A model generated the notes under the pieces. It ran no database searches. It was not told the DNA's origin and saw only the letters and a program-made list of their open reading frames with translations. Below, piece after piece: positions 31,864 to 32,000 of a stretch of 32,000 nucleotides of DNA (positions are counted from its first letter, which is position 1; every line of letters begins with the position of its first letter). Source of the stretch: a virus; IMG/VR virus record IMGVR_UViG_3300015608_001846, positions 90,001-122,000 of that record. The stretch is one strand, 5' to 3'. The position numbers were made by a program, and so were the translations under genes.

Positions 31864-32000
31864 TCACTTCACTGGTTTACGTGGCGGCGGGGGAGGCGCC
31901 TTCTTCTTGGCACGGTTGACATCGCCGCTGATGATCGATTGTGATTTTGAGTCGACGCTGAACGCCAGTCGCTCGGTGGCTGAGTGGATCTCCTTGATGA
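31864..32000 (-). CDS. 3' end of an unidentified gene entering from the right edge
   Basis: My own translation gives ...IKEIHSATERLAFSVDSKSQSIISGDVNRAKKKAPPPPPRKPVK followed by a stop (TGA 31866-31864). Confidence 0.35.
   Translation of the reverse strand, partial: IKEIHSATERLAFSVDSKSQSIISGDVNRAKKKAPPPPPRKPVK

Noticed and set aside
1-32000. I looked for CRISPR arrays, tRNA/rRNA genes, integrase/att sites and tandem repeats.
   Set aside because: No spaced direct repeats, cloverleaf-like segments or recombinase motifs were seen by eye. Intergenic gaps are all 122 nt or less, except the 344-nt interval at 23460-23803, which holds the plus-strand ORF. A tRNAscan/Infernal run would be needed for certainty.

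Overview
The window is bacteriophage DNA, roughly 50% GC by eye, and almost all of it is transcribed from the minus strand. Genes are tightly packed and many share ATGA/TGATG stop-start overlaps.

Nt 1-11032 is a DNA-metabolism and replication module. It holds the N-terminal part of a ribonucleotide reductase, a T4 gp41/DnaB-like helicase, a 5'-3' exonuclease (FEN/RNase H), dUTPase, a bacterial-type RecA, a T4 gp32-like SSB, an HD hydrolase and a minimal family-A DNA polymerase with no exonuclease domain.

Nt 11887-29506 is a contractile-tail and baseplate module. It holds 993-aa and 1036-aa structural proteins, a LysM/gpX-like protein, a 1633-aa tape measure, a gp26-like hub protein and a gp19-like tail tube. 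The gp26-like, tape-measure and tube-fold gene order suggests a distant T4-like myovirus.

Five free-standing homing-endonuclease genes (HEGs) from at least three nuclease families have invaded the window. I saw no tRNA, rRNA or CRISPR array.

Main points of interest:
1. The helicase is a 'fractured gene'. An intein sits exactly in the Walker-A GK|S, and a Vsr-type HEG interrupts that intein. The split point is abnormal: the C fragment carries a complete HINT domain with Met in place of Cys1.
2. A PD-(D/E)XK HEG cassette is bounded by a 39-bp direct repeat that duplicates the last 12 codons of a structural gene. The two copies differ by two substitutions, both synonymous.
3. Six proteins share an N-terminal L-R/K-x-I/Y-I/V...E helix motif that resembles a T4 capsid-targeting propeptide. 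One of them is a protein-kinase-like ORF on the opposite strand.
4. Two paralogous HEGs sit next to members of that family, and one truncates its neighbour.
5. A TGACTGCGT-containing hairpin recurs upstream of three genes.
6. GATC is strongly over-represented.

All functional calls rest on motif recognition by eye and need profile or structure searches.
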